In this document: piece by piece, positions 61,114 to 64,000 of the stretch | Layout: each line of letters starts with the position of its first letter | How positions within the stretch are numbered: position 1 is the stretch's first letter | NCBI GenBank assembly: GCA_048882045.1 | Contig: JBHLRZ010000006.1 | Location: 32,001 to 96,000, forward strand | Direction: 5' to 3' | Length of the DNA: 64,000 nucleotides | DNA from: Candidatus Thorarchaeota archaeon | GTDB taxonomy: Archaea; Asgardarchaeota; Thorarchaeia; Thorarchaeales; Thorarchaeaceae | Program-made: the position numbers and the translations under genes | The notes under the pieces: model-generated | Told to the model about the DNA's origin: nothing | Databases searched by the model: none | Seen by the model: the letters and a program-made list of their open reading frames with translations, nothing else

Positions 61114-62853
61114 CTATGTGTCCCATTTTCCAGAGGCTCGAAGTTTTTCCACAATTCGATTTGCTTCTTCTTTTAGAGTAACATAGTCAGTCTTTGCTAC
61201 TCGATTAAGAGGCATCTCTGGAATAATCTCAACATGAGAAGGTCTCTTGTAAGAAGCAATCTCTTTTGCAGCCTGAAACACCTCTTCTGGAGTTACACTC
61301 TTTCCGGGGTGTGGAACCACAAATGCGAAAATTGCCTCTGTGAAAATCTCATGTTTTACTCCTACGCAGGCAACTCCAGCAACCTTTTCCCTTAGAGCAT
61401 TTGATATGAAGTTCTCAACCTCAGTTGGAAATACATTGTATCCTTTTGGTTTGATCATCAATTTGGATCGACCAGCAAGATGCAGACCCTTCTCATCATA
61501 AGAACCCAAATCTCCAGTGTACAACCATCCATCTGAAGATATGGTCTTTCTAGTTGCTTCTTCATTATTCACATATCCCAAGAATAGCTGAGGACCACTG
61601 AAGCATATCTCACCCACTTCTCCTTCGGGCAACTCCTTTCCCGCTCGCCCATCTTCTCGAATTGGTTCACGTATGGAGATAGGAGTAATTGGCATTGCAT
61701 ATCCAACACCAGCAAGAATATCATCTACAGTCCCATCCAGTGGTGTATAGGTGCAAAATCCGGAAGTTTCAGTCAGTCCTAATCCCGTTCCAAATCGTGG
61801 AACCATCTGAGACAATTTCTCCAGAAACTCACGAGTAACTGCTTGTCCTCCATAGAGAGCAAATTTCAGACTCGATAAATCATATTCCGCATAGTTAGGA
61901 AGTCTCCATTCCATGGCAAATAATGCTGGAATCTGTCCGAAGAGGGTTATTTTGTATTTCTGGATCATTTCCAAAGTCAGGTCAGGTTTGAAGACGTGAA
62001 GCACAACGCACTTCCCGCCGAAGAACCATGGTGTCATGAGCTGCTCTGCTTGTCCCCCGACATGACTTGGAGGAAGATTGACACACATAGTATCCTTCTC
62101 GGTCATATCAAAACCCATACCAAGTGTTAGGTTTTGGGAAGTAATTCCCCGGTGAGAGAGGAGGGCAGGCTTGGGAAATCCTGTTGAGCCCGTTGTGTAT
62201 ATCACCTGACACCCATCAGTCTCTACCACAGACGCCTTGGCATCTGCACATTTCTTGGCAATCTCTGGTGCATTTCCAGATAGTACTTCTCTTGCAAGCG
62301 TTTCTGCTTCTTTCGCTAGAGTGAATGCAGATATTGCTCCTTCATTGCACTCGTCTGGTGACGAAAACTGAATGAAGTGCTCTACAAATGAGCAATTCTC
62401 CTGAACCGCTTTACCCATGCCAGCAAAATCTGCGATGGGTGTTTTTCCAAGATGACAATATGCCTTGGCTTTGACTAGACTTAAGCAACGAATTACTTCT
62501 GGCGGCTTGAGTCTCATATCAAGAGGAACATGTATGACTCCTATTTGAAAACACGCGTATTCAAGGAAAATGTGTTCTGGAAGAAATGACAATGATGTTG
62601 CGAGAAAGTCGCCCTTTTGAAATCCCATTTCAGTCAATTTCATCGCTATTGCTGTAGATGATTCATAGATTGCTTTCCATGAAAACTCCCGACCATCATC
62701 TGCACAGATAAGACCAATTTCATCTGGTTTTTCCTTCGCCCATTTTTGAACAACACCGTGAACCAAATGACGATCTGCGAAATCAACCTCATATTGCTCC
62801 AATGTACACATTGGAACTCCATCTTTCTTCTCAATCTCAACCAATTCATTCAC
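61114..62853 (-). CDS. long-chain acyl-CoA synthetase (class I adenylate-forming enzyme)
   Basis: YTTGSTGFPK, GLTET, GWLYTGDLG, GRSK, AKTD; start 62853 or 62844 (track 62892). Confidence 0.92.
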   Translation of the reverse strand: MNELVEIEKKDGVPMCTLEQYEVDFADRHLVHGVVQKWAKEKPDEIGLICADDGREFSWKAIYESSTAIAMKLTEMGFQKGDFLATSLSFLPEHIFLEYACFQIGVIHVPLDMRLKPPEVIRCLSLVKAKAYCHLGKTPIADFAGMGKAVQENCSFVEHFIQFSSPDECNEGAISAFTLAKEAETLAREVLSGNAPEIAKKCADAKASVVETDGCQVIYTTGSTGFPKPALLSHRGITSQNLTLGMGFDMTEKDTMCVNLPPSHVGGQAEQLMTPWFFGGKCVVLHVFKPDLTLEMIQKYKITLFGQIPALFAMEWRLPNYAEYDLSSLKFALYGGQAVTREFLEKLSQMVPRFGTGLGLTETSGFCTYTPLDGTVDDILAGVGYAMPITPISIREPIREDGRAGKELPEGEVGEICFSGPQLFLGYVNNEEATRKTISSDGWLYTGDLGSYDEKGLHLAGRSKLMIKPKGYNVFPTEVENFISNALREKVAGVACVGVKHEIFTEAIFAFVVPHPGKSVTPEEVFQAAKEIASYKRPSHVEIIPEMPLNRVAKTDYVTLKEEANRIVEKLRASGKWDT

Positions 62854-62854
62854 C

Positions 62855-63325
62855 TCAACCACGAATCTCTTTGTAAAGAGGCTGAATACCAATGAGAGAC
62901 TTCGAGAGAATTCTATGAAGTTCAGATAGCTCGTCCTTAGTGAGATATGAGAAGATCTTTTTGATATTCTCGTAGTTCTCTATCTCGCGTTCTTCCCAGA
63001 ATTTATCATTGGCTTCTGTCAGTTTCAAAAGCTTCCTTCTCCCATCCTTTGGGTCCTTCAAAATCTCAACAAAACCACGACGTTGAAGGTTGAGTGCTAT
63101 CTGAGTAACATTTTGATGGGAGGTACTGAGGACCTCAGCGACTTCACTCACTGATGGATCGGATTCAAATGCATTCCCGATGGCAATGAGTGTGAGAAGC
63201 TGCTTAGTGGTCAAAGAGTCTTTCTTTAGGTAGCAGTCAGTGATGTATTCAATGCGTTGACTCAGAACGAAAAGATAGCTGAACACCTCAGCAAGTTTTC
63301 TGGTCTCTTTACTCAACCTATACAC
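62855..63325 (-). CDS. MarR family transcriptional regulator
   Basis: LTTKQ, SVSEVAEVLSTSHQNV, DPKDGRRKLLKLT. Confidence 0.9.
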   Translation of the reverse strand: MYRLSKETRKLAEVFSYLFVLSQRIEYITDCYLKKDSLTTKQLLTLIAIGNAFESDPSVSEVAEVLSTSHQNVTQIALNLQRRGFVEILKDPKDGRRKLLKLTEANDKFWEEREIENYENIKKIFSYLTKDELSELHRILSKSLIGIQPLYKEIRG

Positions 63326-63475
63326 ATCCTAAAAACAGAGGAACGACGGATTATTTGTAATCTCCGGAAATCGTACGAAGCGAAGACCATATATAGCTGA
63401 AAATTCGGGCGAGCGCTTAGATTCACCCGATTTTGGAGGGTGTTTGATTACCATTTCAGGTATATGGTGAAGATC

Positions 63476-64000
63476 ATGAAAAGAGATCCAACTGGTTGGA
63501 TGAGAGACGAGTACGACAAGCTCGTCGAGCAGAATTTTGACTGGAAGATTCGTGAGTTGCAAGGACCTTCGACTCCGAGTGCAAAGATTGACGGCAAAGA
63601 GGTAATCATGCTCTGTAGCAACAACTACCTCAACCTGAGCAACCATCCCAAGTTGAAGGAGGCTGCTCTCGAAGCTATCAAGACACATGGTGTTGGTTCA
63701 GGCTCAGTCCGGGCCATTGCAGGAACCATGGACCTTCACCTTGAGCTAGAACGCAGACTTGCAAAGTTCAAAGGTGCTGAAGCTGCATTGACCTATAGCG
63801 CTGGTTTCACGACAAATGAAGGATTGATTCCTCAGCTTGTCGATAAGGGCGACGCAATCATCTCTGACGAGTTGAATCATGGCAGTATAATCGACGGTGT
63901 CCGCTTGACAAAGGCTACACGTTTTGTTTACAAGCACAATGATGTTGCAGACCTGGAGAGGGTTCTTGAAGAAGCAGAGAAAGAGAATCCAAAGAAGATG
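63476..64000 (+). CDS. kbl: glycine C-acetyltransferase / 8-amino-7-oxononanoate synthase family, truncated at window edge (absent from ORF track)
   Basis: Manual translation MKRDPTGW...LCSNNYLNL...GSGSVRAIAGT...SDELNHGSIIDG...YKHND; GGTGA RBS. Confidence 0.88.
   Translation, partial: MKRDPTGWMRDEYDKLVEQNFDWKIRELQGPSTPSAKIDGKEVIMLCSNNYLNLSNHPKLKEAALEAIKTHGVGSGSVRAIAGTMDLHLELERRLAKFKGAEAALTYSAGFTTNEGLIPQLVDKGDAIISDELNHGSIIDGVRLTKATRFVYKHNDVADLERVLEEAEKENPKKM

Noticed and set aside
1-64000. Numerous 60-190 aa antisense or alternate-frame ORFs (e.g. 338-844, 12967-13314, 15685-16230, 52847-53422, 63329-63688)
   Set aside because: They are shadows of well-supported genes and carry no motifs.
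1-64000. tRNA or rRNA genes
   Set aside because: No cloverleaf or rRNA-like tract was recognised in the short intergenic gaps by eye; tRNAscan-SE would be decisive.

Overview
Gene-dense archaeal chromosomal segment with about 62 CDS. I recognised no rRNA, tRNA, CRISPR array or mobile element. An archaeal origin is supported by an ATP-dependent DNA ligase, type-2 IPP isomerase, Sec11-type signal peptidase, ADP-forming acyl-CoA synthetase alpha subunit and an AF0577-type radical SAM enzyme. WD40, TPR and Tubby-like proteins and frequent TTG/GTG starts suggest an Asgard archaeon such as Thorarchaeia; this taxon call is inference, not verified. Most of the window is ordinary metabolism and transport. 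The standout is 5017-12946: a tight three-gene operon encoding an 896-aa helical rod with about 65-aa periodicity, a divergent 463-aa tubulin/FtsZ-superfamily GTPase and a 355-aa helical protein. It is transcribed divergently from a WD40 + MIT/TPR-like + coiled-coil gene that abuts a TPR gene. This is a candidate undescribed cytoskeletal system with dedicated accessory proteins. Secondary signals are a stand-alone PRC-barrel protein, a PUA-less TGT/DpdA-like enzyme beside DNA ligase, a Tubby/scramblase-like protein, an orphan AAA+ ATPase, two related structured intergenic elements, and an exact 15-bp palindromic repeat upstream of two orphan ORFs. All family calls come from visual motif recognition without database searches.
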